From positions 279,631 through 343,630 of the forward strand of contig CAWFSF010000001.1 of assembly GCA_963818475.1 (NCBI GenBank): 64,000 nt of DNA, read 5' to 3'. Below are positions 50,537 through 60,825 of the stretch, piece after piece. Position numbers and translations under genes: made by a program. The stretch is from Nitrospirota bacterium (GTDB taxonomy: Bacteria > Nitrospirota > UBA9217). Positions within the stretch are counted from its first letter, which is position 1, and each line of letters opens with the position of its first letter. The notes beneath the pieces are model-generated. The model ran no database searches, was not told the DNA's origin, and saw only the letters and a list, made by a program, of their open reading frames with translations.

Positions 50537-51223
50537 TTAATGGGACGCGAACACCTTCTCCAAAATAGCCTGAAGTTCAGCAGAGCGCGGGTTGCTGACC
50601 GTCTTCTGCACGATGATCTCGACCGGCCTTACGTTCTTGCCATAATAGGCTTTGTTCAGGTCGTCACGCACCTGTACGCCCGAACCCTCGAGATCGATAC
50701 CTGCGTACAGCCCCTTGGCCTTTGCGAACGAGACGAAATCAGCGGTCACGATCCGCTTTGCGCCGACCCCCTCGGGACCGGCTGCCACGGAAAGGTCTCC
50801 TCCGAACTTGAACGACGAGGAATAAAGCGTGTCAATGGCCTTCTGGCTCATGGCAAGCATGATCACCTCCGCCTCCTGCGCACCGACCTGCAGGCCGAAG
50901 CTCACCGACCCTATGGTATAGAACGCGGGCTGGCTCCACGCTCCCGTTTTTTCGTCCCTCACGACGAGGACCCCGTTCCCGCCGGAGCCGCCCCAGAAAA
51001 ATCCGGCCCTCAACACCCGCGGCACGATCAAGAGCGCCTTTGCCTTTTTGACATGCTCCTGGAAAATGGTGAAATCCTTGTCAGCAGCGAATCGCTTGAC
51101 CACAGCAGCTGATTTGTCCACGAGCTCCTGGGCATCGGGCATGTCTGCCGCCGGGACGCCCGGGCGTGGAAAGGCAAGCAACGCGATCAGTACCAGCAAA
51201 GCGACGATTGTATGATGTCTCAT
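50537..51223 (-). CDS. Ysc84/SYLF lipid-binding domain protein
   Basis: Signal peptide; AGFFWGGSGGNG, SFGLQVG, KGLYAGIDLEG. Confidence 0.88.
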   Translation of the reverse strand: MRHHTIVALLVLIALLAFPRPGVPAADMPDAQELVDKSAAVVKRFAADKDFTIFQEHVKKAKALLIVPRVLRAGFFWGGSGGNGVLVVRDEKTGAWSQPAFYTIGSVSFGLQVGAQEAEVIMLAMSQKAIDTLYSSSFKFGGDLSVAAGPEGVGAKRIVTADFVSFAKAKGLYAGIDLEGSGVQVRDDLNKAYYGKNVRPVEIIVQKTVSNPRSAELQAILEKVFASH

Positions 51224-51549
51224 AGTCTGCTCTCCTTTCCCGCATCGTATATTAGTATAGCACTGCACAGGAGGGCTCGAAGGTGTGGGCCATGTCCAGA
51301 TGTGCGTTCTTTGGCGCGTGCTACAATAAGATCAAGCTTTCTTTTTTTCCCGGAAAAAAAAGAGCCGCGCTACTCTGCCTAAATTCCCGCCCTCTCCGCA
51401 TCGAATAAAAGGAATTGGGGTCGTTATGGTCAGGCTGAAATTACTTGACAATAGACCGGCATTCTATAAGATTGACTGCAGGAAAAATGTCTAAGGGACC
51501 ACGCCCGCAGGAGTTCCTGCGCCGGTTATTTACCAAAGGAGCGATCAAT

Positions 51550-51684
51550 ATGAGCAGAGAGCCGAAAGAGCCGAACGAAGAGGAAACAGGAAGCGCCTGG
51601 AAGAACATCGGTAAGATCATTTTTCTGATCGCTGTACTGGTAGCTGCATGGTTTATTCTGGAGCGTTTGATGGGTAGCAAATAA
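51550..51684 (+). CDS. 44-aa single-TM protein
   Basis: AAAGGAG RBS; one hydrophobic helix. Confidence 0.55.
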   Translation: MSREPKEPNEEETGSAWKNIGKIIFLIAVLVAAWFILERLMGSK

Positions 51685-52014
51685 CAGAAGCGGGTGGGAT
51701 GAGCGTTCCGTTCGCAGAAGAACAAACGAGGATTAAATCTTTGCTCTCAACAGCCCTGCGTCTTCTATCCAGAAAATATACTTTGGGGTTTGAGCACAGG
51801 AGGCGATTCTAAACTTTTTCTTCGCAGCAGGTGTTTAGGCTTCCCTCTCTGGAACAATGAGGGCTTGCACACTGCATCCGGCATACGAACAGCATTTTTC
51901 CGTGTTGCCCCAGGCTCAAAACCCAAAGTAATCTCTATTGACGTTTTTTCCTATACACGTATTTTCACAAACAAAACCGTGAATCAAAGCGATCCGGTGG
52001 GCCAAAATCGCTGT

Positions 52015-52224
52015 TTATAGCACCCCTTTATCAATATCAGGCCAGCTTGACTCATAACCAACGAATGAATCCTCTTTCGGCTCCTGCACGGTCACGTGAA
52101 GTTTTCCGAGGTAACAATCTGATAATCTTGACAAATAGGACACGCGCATTATGAACGGCATTGCTCCATAGAGCCATGAGTCCGTAAACCACGATATCGG
52201 GGATGTTTTTTTGTAATGCGCCAT
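52015..52224 (-). CDS. Hypothetical protein
   Basis: GAGGAG RBS; 69 aa. Confidence 0.4.
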   Translation of the reverse strand: MAHYKKTSPISWFTDSWLYGAMPFIMRVSYLSRLSDCYLGKLHVTVQEPKEDSFVGYESSWPDIDKGVL

Positions 52225-52364
52225 GATACACAGCTCCTCTTTGTCTAATTCAAAAGACGCTCTGTCTTTAGTATAGCAGATGATGTCAAGGGTACAGTTT
52301 CGTACTTCAGCAACTGGGGCGTTTGTGGTGTGGGCGTTCTTTAGGCGCGTGCTACAATAAGGTC

Positions 52365-52832
52365 ATGGCAAAGGTGAGCGCCGGACTTCTCCTGTACCGC
52401 AAAAGAAACGATTCTCTCGAGGTTTTCCTCGCGCATCCCGGAGGGCCGTTCTATATAAAAAAAGACACCGGCGTATGGGGCATCCCGAAGGGGGAGATCG
52501 GCGAAGGAGAGGACGCGCTTGCCGCGGCCCAAAGGGAGTTCGAGGAAGAGACAGGCTTCAAGGCCAGTGGCCCGTTCCTTTCGCTCACCGCGGTGACCCA
52601 GAAGGGCGGTAAGCTCGTGCAGGCCTGGGCTTTTGAGGGAGACTGCGACCCGGAGAAGATGAAGAGCAACACCTTTACCATTGAATGGCCGCCGCGCTCA
52701 GGAAAACAGCAGGAATTCCCGGAAGTGGACCGTGCCGCATGGTTTTCCATTAACGAGGCAAAGCAGCTGATCAACCCTGCGCAGATAAGCTTCCTTGAAG
52801 AGCTTCAGGGGCTGGCAGCACCGGAAAAATGA
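52365..52832 (+). CDS. NUDIX hydrolase
   Basis: HPGGP, WGIPKGE..AAQREFEEETG. Confidence 0.9.
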   Translation: MAKVSAGLLLYRKRNDSLEVFLAHPGGPFYIKKDTGVWGIPKGEIGEGEDALAAAQREFEEETGFKASGPFLSLTAVTQKGGKLVQAWAFEGDCDPEKMKSNTFTIEWPPRSGKQQEFPEVDRAAWFSINEAKQLINPAQISFLEELQGLAAPEK

Positions 52833-52938
52833 GACTTCCCGGGCAGAATGCCCGCAAGGATCACAAAGATGACCTGTTTGCCCTGGCAATCCAAAAGAAA
52901 AGCAGAATAGCAATCCACAAGAGCCTGACATAAGGTTC

Positions 52939-53127
52939 CTATTTCCCGGAAATAAAGAGTCTCACTATCCTGCCTAAAACAGTTATCCCTAAGACAATGC
53001 CGGTAACGATTGCAAGGAAAACAGCGAGGACAAGAGTTAACTTGAAGACCAGAAAAAAGAGTGGGATTAACACGACGCAGATTATTATCGTCAGGCAACC
53101 TGTAACAAAATCTTTCGTTTCCAACAT
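52939..53127 (-). CDS. Small 2-TM protein
   Basis: GGAGG RBS; hydrophobic. Confidence 0.5.
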   Translation of the reverse strand: MLETKDFVTGCLTIIICVVLIPLFFLVFKLTLVLAVFLAIVTGIVLGITVLGRIVRLFISGK

Positions 53128-53252
53128 AGAGTAGCCCTCCTGTTCCTTTTTTGAATGGAACCTAATGCGATTTTAACAGATGCAAGTACAGGAGGGAAGC
53201 GGTATCTCGATGCGGATTAACCGTTACATGAAGCCTTTCTCCCTGCTGAATA

Positions 53253-53289
53253 TAAAAAAGCCGCTGGATACTTTCCAGCGCCTTTTTTT
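53253..53289. terminator. Terminator-like hairpin (possibly bidirectional)
   Basis: A-run, CGCTGGA/TCCAGCG stem, T-run. Confidence 0.55.
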
Positions 53290-53420
53290 CATGTCAAAAC
53301 ACTCGCAGGATTTCGATGCCGGCCCCCTCATAATTCTTGCAACTAATGGTCGCATGCTATATTATTACACAATAGTCGTACCCTCTGATCAGACCCGCGA
53401 TGCGAAAGTGAAGAGACCTC

Positions 53421-54218
53421 ATGAAAAGACTGCATCTTCTGATACTACTCATAACAGCCTTTTTCAGTTCTGCTGCTCTGCAATCAGCCGTTGCGGAGGA
53501 TATCGTGACCTCACCAGCGATAACACGGCAGACGTCCCGACCGAACGTCCTGGCCGAGCCGAGCATTGACACGCACGTGAGTGGAACCGGGATGCAGGTC
53601 GAACAGCCGCTTCACGATCCTCTGGCCGGCCCTGAACAACAGGTCGGATCGGAGGCGGTTGCCGGTACTCAAGAAGCTGCGGAAAAAGGATTTTATCTGA
53701 GCCTTTTCATCCCCTATACGAGTATCCGCCATGTTCAACATGGCACAGCCGATCATGCCTACCTGAACAGTCTTGACGGAGGCCCTGGTTTTGGTGTTCG
53801 GGCCGGATATCCGATCACTGCTCGCGTTTCGCTTGAATGGTCCCTTTCTACAACCTGGCACGGTACAAGTCAGAGAACGATAGCCGGAAGCGCGATCGAA
53901 GACCAGCTCTTGAACGGAACAGAGCTCGACGTCAAATTTCACCTGCCTCTGGCGGATTCCCGGTTGGAACCGTACCTCCTGGGGGGGATCGGGTACGCCT
54001 GGCTCGGCGACGATATCAGTACGAGTGACACGCATTACCGGGGCCGCGAAATACAAGCCGGGTTCGGAGCCGAATATCACCTGCCACATCAGCTCTCGGT
54101 CTTCGCAGGCATTACCCGCAAAAGGATCGTCTTCAATTCAGGACAGTGGATAGGCGCTGCGAATATTAAGGTGAACGCGGCTACCTTGGATATTGGGATC
54201 ACGTATCATTTCGAATAG
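53421..54218 (+). CDS. OmpA-like outer-membrane beta-barrel
   Basis: Signal peptide, PYLLGGIGY, terminal YHF. Confidence 0.8.
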   Translation: MKRLHLLILLITAFFSSAALQSAVAEDIVTSPAITRQTSRPNVLAEPSIDTHVSGTGMQVEQPLHDPLAGPEQQVGSEAVAGTQEAAEKGFYLSLFIPYTSIRHVQHGTADHAYLNSLDGGPGFGVRAGYPITARVSLEWSLSTTWHGTSQRTIAGSAIEDQLLNGTELDVKFHLPLADSRLEPYLLGGIGYAWLGDDISTSDTHYRGREIQAGFGAEYHLPHQLSVFAGITRKRIVFNSGQWIGAANIKVNAATLDIGITYHFE

Positions 54219-54228
54219 GGAATTGACC

Positions 54229-54633
54229 ATGGATATGATCAAGACAGGTTCCTTACAGAGAGGGCTCAGAATGCTGCCGCGCGTCATTCTGCTGGGCTTG
54301 CTGGTGATGCTCATCACCGGGAGCTGCGGCAGTGGAGATCCGGCCGGCGGCATGGTATCGGGCAGGGTTGTTGTCGATGGCGGCGCCGGCCTTGCGGGAG
54401 TCACGATAACTGCATCCGGCAGCGGAAGCGGCTGTTCATCGTACACAGCCGCAACAACGACTGACGACGAGGGATATTACATCTTTTACACGGGCGATAA
54501 CACCGGCAGCGGTTCCCTTACTCCTTTAAAGACCGGATATACCTTTACCCCGTCGAGCAGAGACGTATCCATATCAAGCTCAGAGGCATTAAGAGATCAG
54601 GATTTTTTAGCTACTGCCGCCACTGGCACATAA
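54229..54633 (+). CDS. Lipoprotein with carboxypeptidase-regulatory-like fold
   Basis: ITGS-C; VSGRV..GVTI..TTDDEGYY..GYTFTP. Confidence 0.65.
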   Translation: MDMIKTGSLQRGLRMLPRVILLGLLVMLITGSCGSGDPAGGMVSGRVVVDGGAGLAGVTITASGSGSGCSSYTAATTTDDEGYYIFYTGDNTGSGSLTPLKTGYTFTPSSRDVSISSSEALRDQDFLATAATGT

Positions 54634-54702
54634 TAGTACGACAGGCTATTCGATTCGAGCATCAAGAGTGGCACCTCTTTTATGGCTTCTGTTCCGTTGC
54701 CT

Positions 54703-55089
54703 TTAAAGCTGTTCGTAGACCTCTTCGGCTTTAATGACCAGGACTCCCCTCGCCCAGGGAAACAGTTTCTTTACTGACTCGAATTTTTCCCCGTTCTTCT
54801 GGATCTGCCCCGTCCCCCTGATCCTGCACCCTTTGCCCGGACCATGATTCCCCTGGACCTGCCGGGTGCCGCAGAGCAGTTCTATCCTGCTGTTCATCTC
54901 GAGATTATCCTCGGTCTTCTGATATCCGCCGATAGGCACAAAAAGCGTGTCGTCATTGACCATGCCGAGGGCCTTGACATATTCCCCCCAGGTGCCCGCC
55001 AGGTGGGGTCCGTCAGCTCCGACTGTTGCGATGGCGATCCACTCCGCTTTATCCAGGACCTCTTTGCACTTTTTTTCTATCTTCGCCAT
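54703..55089 (-). CDS. Pyridoxamine-5'-phosphate oxidase-like FMN-binding protein
   Basis: IATVGADGPH..W, TEDNL, GCRIRGTG; GGAGG RBS. Confidence 0.8.
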   Translation of the reverse strand: MAKIEKKCKEVLDKAEWIAIATVGADGPHLAGTWGEYVKALGMVNDDTLFVPIGGYQKTEDNLEMNSRIELLCGTRQVQGNHGPGKGCRIRGTGQIQKNGEKFESVKKLFPWARGVLVIKAEEVYEQL

Positions 55090-55144
55090 ACGATGCCTCC
55101 TCCAAAAAAAAGGCAGGCTTTTGCCTGCCCTTCTGCGAGTCTCT

Positions 55145-55432
55145 TCAACATCCAACGGGAGGCTTCTTTTTCATCGGTGAAATTTTCGTCACTATTTTCT
55201 TGCCGCCCTCTTCTTTGTAATCCACAGTAATCTTGTCCCCCACCTTCACATCTTTGATCAAAGACCCGGTCTCGCAATCAAATCCAGACACAAGGGTCCC
55301 GCTCTTCAGGGTAATGCTCCCCTTGGCGGCATCCACAGCGGTAACTTCGCCGGACATTTCCACGGCAAAGGCCGCCCCGGCCAGCGTGAGGAGAACAAAA
55401 CCGACCAGCAAAACTATTGACGCACGTTTCAT
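55145..55432 (-). CDS. Small secreted OB-fold-like protein
   Basis: Signal peptide; GEVTAVD..ITLK..VKVGDKITVDY; ends KKKPPVGC. Confidence 0.7.
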   Translation of the reverse strand: MKRASIVLLVGFVLLTLAGAAFAVEMSGEVTAVDAAKGSITLKSGTLVSGFDCETGSLIKDVKVGDKITVDYKEEGGKKIVTKISPMKKKPPVGC

Positions 55433-55594
55433 GATCAACTACCTCCCGTTCGAAGATTTTTTTGAGCCAACAAAACATGCATTAAGTCTAGCAAATGTAT
55501 GGGCATTGTCAAGACGCCACCGGCACTGTTGTCAAGACAGGACGACGGTAAGGAGAATACAACGAGAGAACGCGCCGCAACGGGTGCAACAATG

Positions 55595-56159
55595 TCATCC
55601 GGTAATCCCCGGGACGTAGGTCAAGAGTATGTTCCCGTTGCCAAACGTTCGCGTGCGGACCAGCTTCAAGGCAAGCCTGTTCTTCAGGCCTTCGAACATC
55701 GTCTTCCCCTTGCCGAGCACGACCGGATTCAGCAGGAGCTCATATTCATCGATCAATCCCTCCTGAGCAAGCTGCGCAACGATGCTGCCGCTTCCGAGAA
55801 CCGTCAGGTCCTTCCCGGCTCCCTGCTTCCAGCCTCCTGACCTCGGCCAGCATATCGTCCTTCACCAGCCTCGTATTGTTCCAGTCGGCCTTTTGCAGGG
55901 TGCGGGAGAAAACGACCTTCTCCGCCTTGTTCATGCCCGCAGCCACAATAGGGTCGGTCCTGATCGCTTCCGGGGTCGGCCAGAAGCCGGCCATGAGCTC
56001 GTACGTGACGCGGCCGAACAGGATCGTGTTGCCGGAGTTCGAGGCCGCATTTGCCAGCTCCTGGAATTCCTCATCCACGTTGTGCCAGGAGATGTCGCCC
56101 CCCTCTCCCGCAATATAGCCGTCCAGCGTCATCAGGTTGAATACAGTAAGTTTTCGCAT
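55595..56159 (-). CDS. RibD-C/dihydrofolate-reductase family protein (frameshifted)
   Basis: TLDGYI, FGRVTYE, KVVFSRTL; second frame GSGS..LIDEY..NPVVLGKG. Confidence 0.85.
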
Positions 56160-56449
56160 GTCCTCCGCCTCCTTCCGTCCGATCGCTGCTATATGCAGCG
56201 TTCTCAAGGTAATTATAACAGTAAAAGCCGGAGGGAGATTCCTTTCCGGCCTTTGATCTCTCGTACTGCCATAGCAACAACTATAGAACCAAGTCTGACC
56301 CACTCCCGGGAAGCCCTTCCCCCTGTACCCTTAAAATACCCCGCCCGGGTTATTTACAAAACCATGCGCAAAGCGTACTGTGAAACGTCAATATCTTCAG
56401 GTATGCGTGACATCCTCTTTGTCGTTCAGCGAACGGGCCCCGATACGCC

Positions 56450-57235
56450 ATGAACCTTGAAGTCGTAGCCAATACAACGAACGTCACCCGTCCTACGCCG
56501 ATCCTCCTGGTGCATGGCGCCTGGCTTGGGGCATGGTGCTGGGAGAACTTTCAGCACTATTTCGCACAGCATGGCTACGCCTCGTACGCCGTCAGCCTGC
56601 GCGGCCATGGCGCGAGCGAGGGGCGGGAAAATATCCGCTGGCACAGCGCGGCATACGGCTACGTTGCTGATGTCGCTCAGGTGGCGGATTCTCTCGACCG
56701 TGAGCCGATCATCGTCGGCCATTCCATGGGCGGCTACGTGGCGCAAAAATACCTGGAAAAACATTCTGCCGAGGCATGTGTTCTCCTGGCTACTTGTCCG
56801 ATATCCGGAACGCGGGGTTTTGCCGCTCGCTTCGCCACGCGCCATCCCTGGGCATTCATAAAGTCACAAGCGCTGTTGAGCCTGCGGCACGCGACAGGAA
56901 CGCCGGAACTGATGCAGGATACCTTTTTCTCGCCGCAGGTGCCTGCAGAAGAGATCGCGCAACACTTTACGCGTCTGCAGCAGGAGTCCTTCCGCATGGA
57001 ACTGGAAACCCTCTTCCTGAATCTCCCGCAGCCCGAGCGCGTCATGACCCCCATGCTGGTACTCGGAGCTGAGAACGACCGGATCTTTTCCGTGGCAGAG
57101 CAGCACGCCACTGCTCGGGCATACGGGACAGAAGCGGAGATCTTTCCCCGTATGGCGCATGTCATGATGCTGGAGCCGGGCTGGCAACTCGTTGCAGATC
57201 GGATTATAAGCTGGGCTGCTGGTCGCGGCCTATGA
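56450..57235 (+). CDS. Alpha/beta hydrolase
   Basis: VHGAW, GHSMGG, catalytic D and H. Confidence 0.9.
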   Translation: MNLEVVANTTNVTRPTPILLVHGAWLGAWCWENFQHYFAQHGYASYAVSLRGHGASEGRENIRWHSAAYGYVADVAQVADSLDREPIIVGHSMGGYVAQKYLEKHSAEACVLLATCPISGTRGFAARFATRHPWAFIKSQALLSLRHATGTPELMQDTFFSPQVPAEEIAQHFTRLQQESFRMELETLFLNLPQPERVMTPMLVLGAENDRIFSVAEQHATARAYGTEAEIFPRMAHVMMLEPGWQLVADRIISWAAGRGL

Positions 57236-57407
57236 CTGCCTGGCCAGGGTGCCGTGCTTCGTGATTGCGGCGATGATGGGAAAGAGCGGGTGGTAAAACG
57301 AAATCGGGCCGGTATTGTTGACCGCGCTGGTAACGATAAAGAGAGGCTCCTGACTAGACAATAAAACCAAATGACACTAAGTAGACCTGCCCCTAAGATG
57401 TTATAAA

Positions 57408-57447
57408 CTAAAAAGGGGGGATGGCATTTCACCATCCCCTCTTTTAG
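57408..57447. terminator. Bidirectional terminator
   Basis: CTAAAAGGGGGGATGG/CCATCCCCTCTTTTAG between convergent genes. Confidence 0.7.
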
Positions 57448-57460
57448 TCCTGCGTCGCAA

Positions 57461-58690
57461 TTACATGCACATTCCGTTGCCCGCGCTCTCCATAGCTAAA
57501 CAGTCAGTATAGTTTAGCGTCACTCCATTTACGGTCACCGCGATCGGGGTCCCGAACACGATCGTGGCATTGTTCACCTGGATCGTTCCTGAATTCGGAC
57601 ACTCATCGAGCTCACTGTCAAAAGTAAGCGGCGTGCTCTCCGCCGTGATGAAAGTAACCGTGCCTGCCGCGCAATCGGCCGGGCTGAATACCGTCACTAT
57701 GCTGCCGTTCAACCATTCGTCATACGTGAGGTCGGCATACGTCTTTACCTTGAACTGCATATTCCTGGGAGTTATGGTAAGGCCGAATGTATCAGAGCCG
57801 CTGGTAACGGACAGATTATAGCTTCCGTTCAGGGTTGCCGTGTTCGTGACGACCGGGCCCGCAGCCGTCTCGTGCGTCCAATTGTTCGTCAAGTTCGACA
57901 TGGTAAGGGACATCGATTCGGACGTATTGACATAGTTTAGGTTCGCATTAATGGAGGCCGATCCCGAGGTCACGTTGTCGGTGACGGCGAAGGTCCCGTT
58001 CATGGTGCCGGTTTCTTCGAGAGTCGTATAGGCGTCTGAATATGTTTTAGCGGTAAAATTGGTTGCAGTAACTTGGGCGATCGTGGAAGAACCGTCTCTC
58101 ATCTGCTTCCAGTACAGGCTCATGCTGCCGTCCTCTTCGGAATAAGTGATATCATAGTCCTTGCAATGTGCAAAGGTCAGCGTAACCGTTGCTTCGGTGT
58201 AGGTGGCGGCGCTTGCGAGATCGGAGTTGTCCGTTCCCACTATTGTCACGTTCCCGCCATTGGTGCAGGTCGTGCTAAAACTGACCGTCTTTTGCATTGC
58301 CTTGGCCCGACGGGCCTTCATGGTCGCGTTCTTTACAGAAGCCGACTGCAGCATGCCGAGCATTTTGTCAACTGCTGTCTTAAGGCGGGGATCAATGGCA
58401 GCAAGGGAGTTCTTATTCGAGGTCTTTTGTTTGGGCGCCGCATACCCTGCCTCGCCCGCCGCCTCCGATGCCAAACTTCTTGACGCCATGCTCGTCGAGT
58501 CCAGCATCATCGCGGTTCCCGCCGCTTCGCTGGAAGCGCTGGCAGCCTGATCAGGGTTCGAATAGTTGTATGGACCGGGGTCGCTCGCGCTTCCCCCTCC
58601 GCCTCCGCCGCAGGAAATGATAAAACCGAAAACAAAGGTTGCGGCTAAGAGCAGACTTACGAACTTCATAAACGTTCCCTTCTTACTCAT
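57461..58690 (-). CDS. Beta-rich lipoprotein of unknown function
   Basis: FIIS-CGGGGG lipobox; Thr/Ser/Asn-rich with paired Cys. Confidence 0.75.
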   Translation of the reverse strand: MSKKGTFMKFVSLLLAATFVFGFIISCGGGGGGSASDPGPYNYSNPDQAASASSEAAGTAMMLDSTSMASRSLASEAAGEAGYAAPKQKTSNKNSLAAIDPRLKTAVDKMLGMLQSASVKNATMKARRAKAMQKTVSFSTTCTNGGNVTIVGTDNSDLASAATYTEATVTLTFAHCKDYDITYSEEDGSMSLYWKQMRDGSSTIAQVTATNFTAKTYSDAYTTLEETGTMNGTFAVTDNVTSGSASINANLNYVNTSESMSLTMSNLTNNWTHETAAGPVVTNTATLNGSYNLSVTSGSDTFGLTITPRNMQFKVKTYADLTYDEWLNGSIVTVFSPADCAAGTVTFITAESTPLTFDSELDECPNSGTIQVNNATIVFGTPIAVTVNGVTLNYTDCLAMESAGNGMCM

Positions 58691-58977
58691 GTCATTCCTC
58701 CTTATTTGTAATACTTTCTTATTATAATATACGATTCTAGCCGAGAAAAAACGAATTGACAAGGTAAAATTTACAATAAAATGTTTTTATGCCTGTCTGC
58801 ATTGTTTTGAAATTACTGATGCGTCTAGATTATACTCTCTGCGCCGCGTCTGGCGAGAAGTCATTTCGCCCTATCAACAACTGCAGATTTGCAAAACTAA
58901 CAACACCGCCTCTCTGTTTCTCATTCCTGCCAAAGCTAACGACACCTTGTTTACCGCAAATTCAATCAGTTGCATTT

Positions 58978-58993
58978 TGGCACACGACCTGCA
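58978..58993 (+). promoter_or_regulatory. sigma54 promoter
   Basis: TGGCACACGACCTGCA; IHF-like ATTCAATCAGTTG just upstream. Confidence 0.78.
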
Positions 58994-59032
58994 ATGTAAA
59001 GGGCAAGACTGAGCGAAAAGGAGGATACGAAA

Positions 59033-59344
59033 ATGAAAACCACACTTTCAAGAAAAACGGCATATATCGGGGCAGGCGCAGGAATGGTGCTCTTCGCGAT
59101 CTTTGGACTTCTTCCCGGCAGCCTTCTAGGCGGCGCCGCAGGAATTAAATTAGCCGGGATGCTCTTCGGGCTTCCCCTGGATGCCGGGATCCTGCAACGG
59201 GTGATCGTACTCGCGTCAATGCTCATAGGCGTCGTGGTATCCGGGGTCACGATCGTAACAGCCACCGCCACCATGGGCTGGCTCGCAGGCGCAGCGCTTC
59301 AGGGCGAGGCAACGGGACATGCAGCAGCGACTGGCAGCAGATAA
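59033..59344 (+). CDS. Glycine-zipper membrane protein A, copy 1
   Basis: AGGAGG RBS; hydrophobic with many GxxxG. Confidence 0.85.
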   Translation: MKTTLSRKTAYIGAGAGMVLFAIFGLLPGSLLGGAAGIKLAGMLFGLPLDAGILQRVIVLASMLIGVVVSGVTIVTATATMGWLAGAALQGEATGHAAATGSR

Positions 59345-59390
59345 CACAACAGATCAATTACCTAAAATTTCTTTACAAGGAGGTACGGCC

Positions 59391-59708
59391 ATGAAGAACG
59401 AGACAGTAAAAACGGGAATGAAGATCGGTGCAACGGTAGGCGGGCTGGTGTTTCTGGTGGCGGGGATCGTGCCGGGATTCTACTTCGGCAGCTTCGGGAC
59501 CCTGATCCTGCTCCAGAAGATCATGGGCGGCGCAGTGGAGCCAACGCTCTTCGTGCGGGCTGCGATCGTGATGGGTATCGGCGTCGGGATCGCCTGCGCA
59601 GCTACGGTAAGTATCGTGGTAGGCGGGCTGCTCGGGACCGCGGCCGGGTTCGTCGTGTCAGCACCTGCGGCAATGCGTGAGAAACAGGCGGTTGCAGTGA
59701 AGTCGTAA
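59391..59708 (+). CDS. Glycine-zipper membrane protein B, copy 1
   Basis: AGGAGG RBS; hydrophobic; distant paralog of A. Confidence 0.85.
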   Translation: MKNETVKTGMKIGATVGGLVFLVAGIVPGFYFGSFGTLILLQKIMGGAVEPTLFVRAAIVMGIGVGIACAATVSIVVGGLLGTAAGFVVSAPAAMREKQAVAVKS

Positions 59709-59748
59709 AAGGAAAATCAAAACACTTACCATAAGCCGGAAACAAATG

Positions 59749-59776
59749 ACGGGCGATGAGCAATCATCGCCCGTTG
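59749..59776 (+). terminator. Strong hairpin 3' of ORF B (also near 60732 and 62330)
   Basis: ACGGGCGATGA-GCAA-TCATCGCCCGT; no clear T-run. Confidence 0.55.
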
Positions 59777-59895
59777 CAATTATAGGATCCCTTCCCGCTC
59801 ATAGGGCACCCCTATATAGGTTCCCTCAATAACTACGGAATCAAGTCTAACCCTTATCCCCTAAGCTGCACGAACAATAAGGATGCTTTAATGAC

Positions 59896-60405
59896 CTAGA
59901 ATATCGGGATATAGGCGTATCCCTTTGCCTGGTATCCTATGAGCGAAATGAAGGAATTGCCGATCACTTTGATCTCCGGGTAGATGGTGGCGTTGTCTAC
60001 CTTCATCAACCTCGTGGCGATCGAGCACACTTCGAGCTTTACGCCAAGGCTTTTCAGCTCCTTGATCTGTTCGGCGACCTCTTCATATTTTTCCTGCTGC
60101 TCAACCGGGATCTTGCTGCGATTCTTCGAGATAAGAAGCACCGACGGCCCGTGGAACGCCAGGATCAGATCTGGCTTCAGACCCTGCTTGACCAGCCCTT
60201 CGTGCGTATCCTCGATGACGGACAGATATAATGCCAGTTTCCCGGCGTCCCCTAAAGTCACGTCAAAGACGGCCTTGCCGGAAGTCACGCCCTTCAGGGC
60301 ATCCGCATCGTCGATCGTCGCCGCTCTCACGGGAATCACGGCAATTGCAAGCATCACATACAGCAGGACTGCGCTGGACCGAAACATGTTTTTCAACTGT
60401 CTCAT
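59896..60405 (-). CDS. Exported DsrE/DsrF-family protein
   Basis: Signal peptide; KAVFD, FHGP, LEVCSIA, YQAKGYAYI. Confidence 0.8.
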   Translation of the reverse strand: MRQLKNMFRSSAVLLYVMLAIAVIPVRAATIDDADALKGVTSGKAVFDVTLGDAGKLALYLSVIEDTHEGLVKQGLKPDLILAFHGPSVLLISKNRSKIPVEQQEKYEEVAEQIKELKSLGVKLEVCSIATRLMKVDNATIYPEIKVIGNSFISLIGYQAKGYAYIPIF

Positions 60406-60521
60406 AGATACCTCCTCAGCCTCGCCGACAGGTTGCGAGAGACTTTTCCCTATTTTGGTTTTATTATAGCACCGCGGCGAAGAGGCAGGCAGGGATCCAT
60501 GGGGTCAGAAACGGTCTCACC

Positions 60522-60768
60522 GAACCATCGCTCTTCGTGCGGGCCGCGATCGTCATGGCATCGGCGCCGGGATCGCCTGCGCAGCCACGGTCTGCATCGT
60601 GGTAGGCGGTCTGCTCGGAACGGCAGCCGGGTTCGTCGTATCAGCACCTGCGGCATTGCGTGAGAATCAGGCGGTTTCGGTGAAGTCGTAAAACAACCAT
60701 CAAAACACTTACCATACGCCGGAAAAAGTTCACGGGCGATGAGAGATAATCGCCCGTTGCAGTTATAG
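60522..60768 (+). pseudogene. Degenerate third copy of the 3' half of ORF B plus hairpin
   Basis: CGCTCTTCGTGCGGGC...GTGAAGTCGTAA and downstream ACGGGCGATGA..ATCGCCCGT; no 5' half. Confidence 0.85.
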
Positions 60769-60825
60769 CTTACGTATGCTTCCAGGAAGGAGTCCCATCC
60801 AGCCCCAACAGATCGGCCCTGTGCT

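Larger units (their letters stand above)
58862..59782 (+). repeat. About 920-bp direct repeat, copy 1 (promoter, two ORFs, hairpin)
   Basis: High identity to 61444-62362. Confidence 0.92.
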
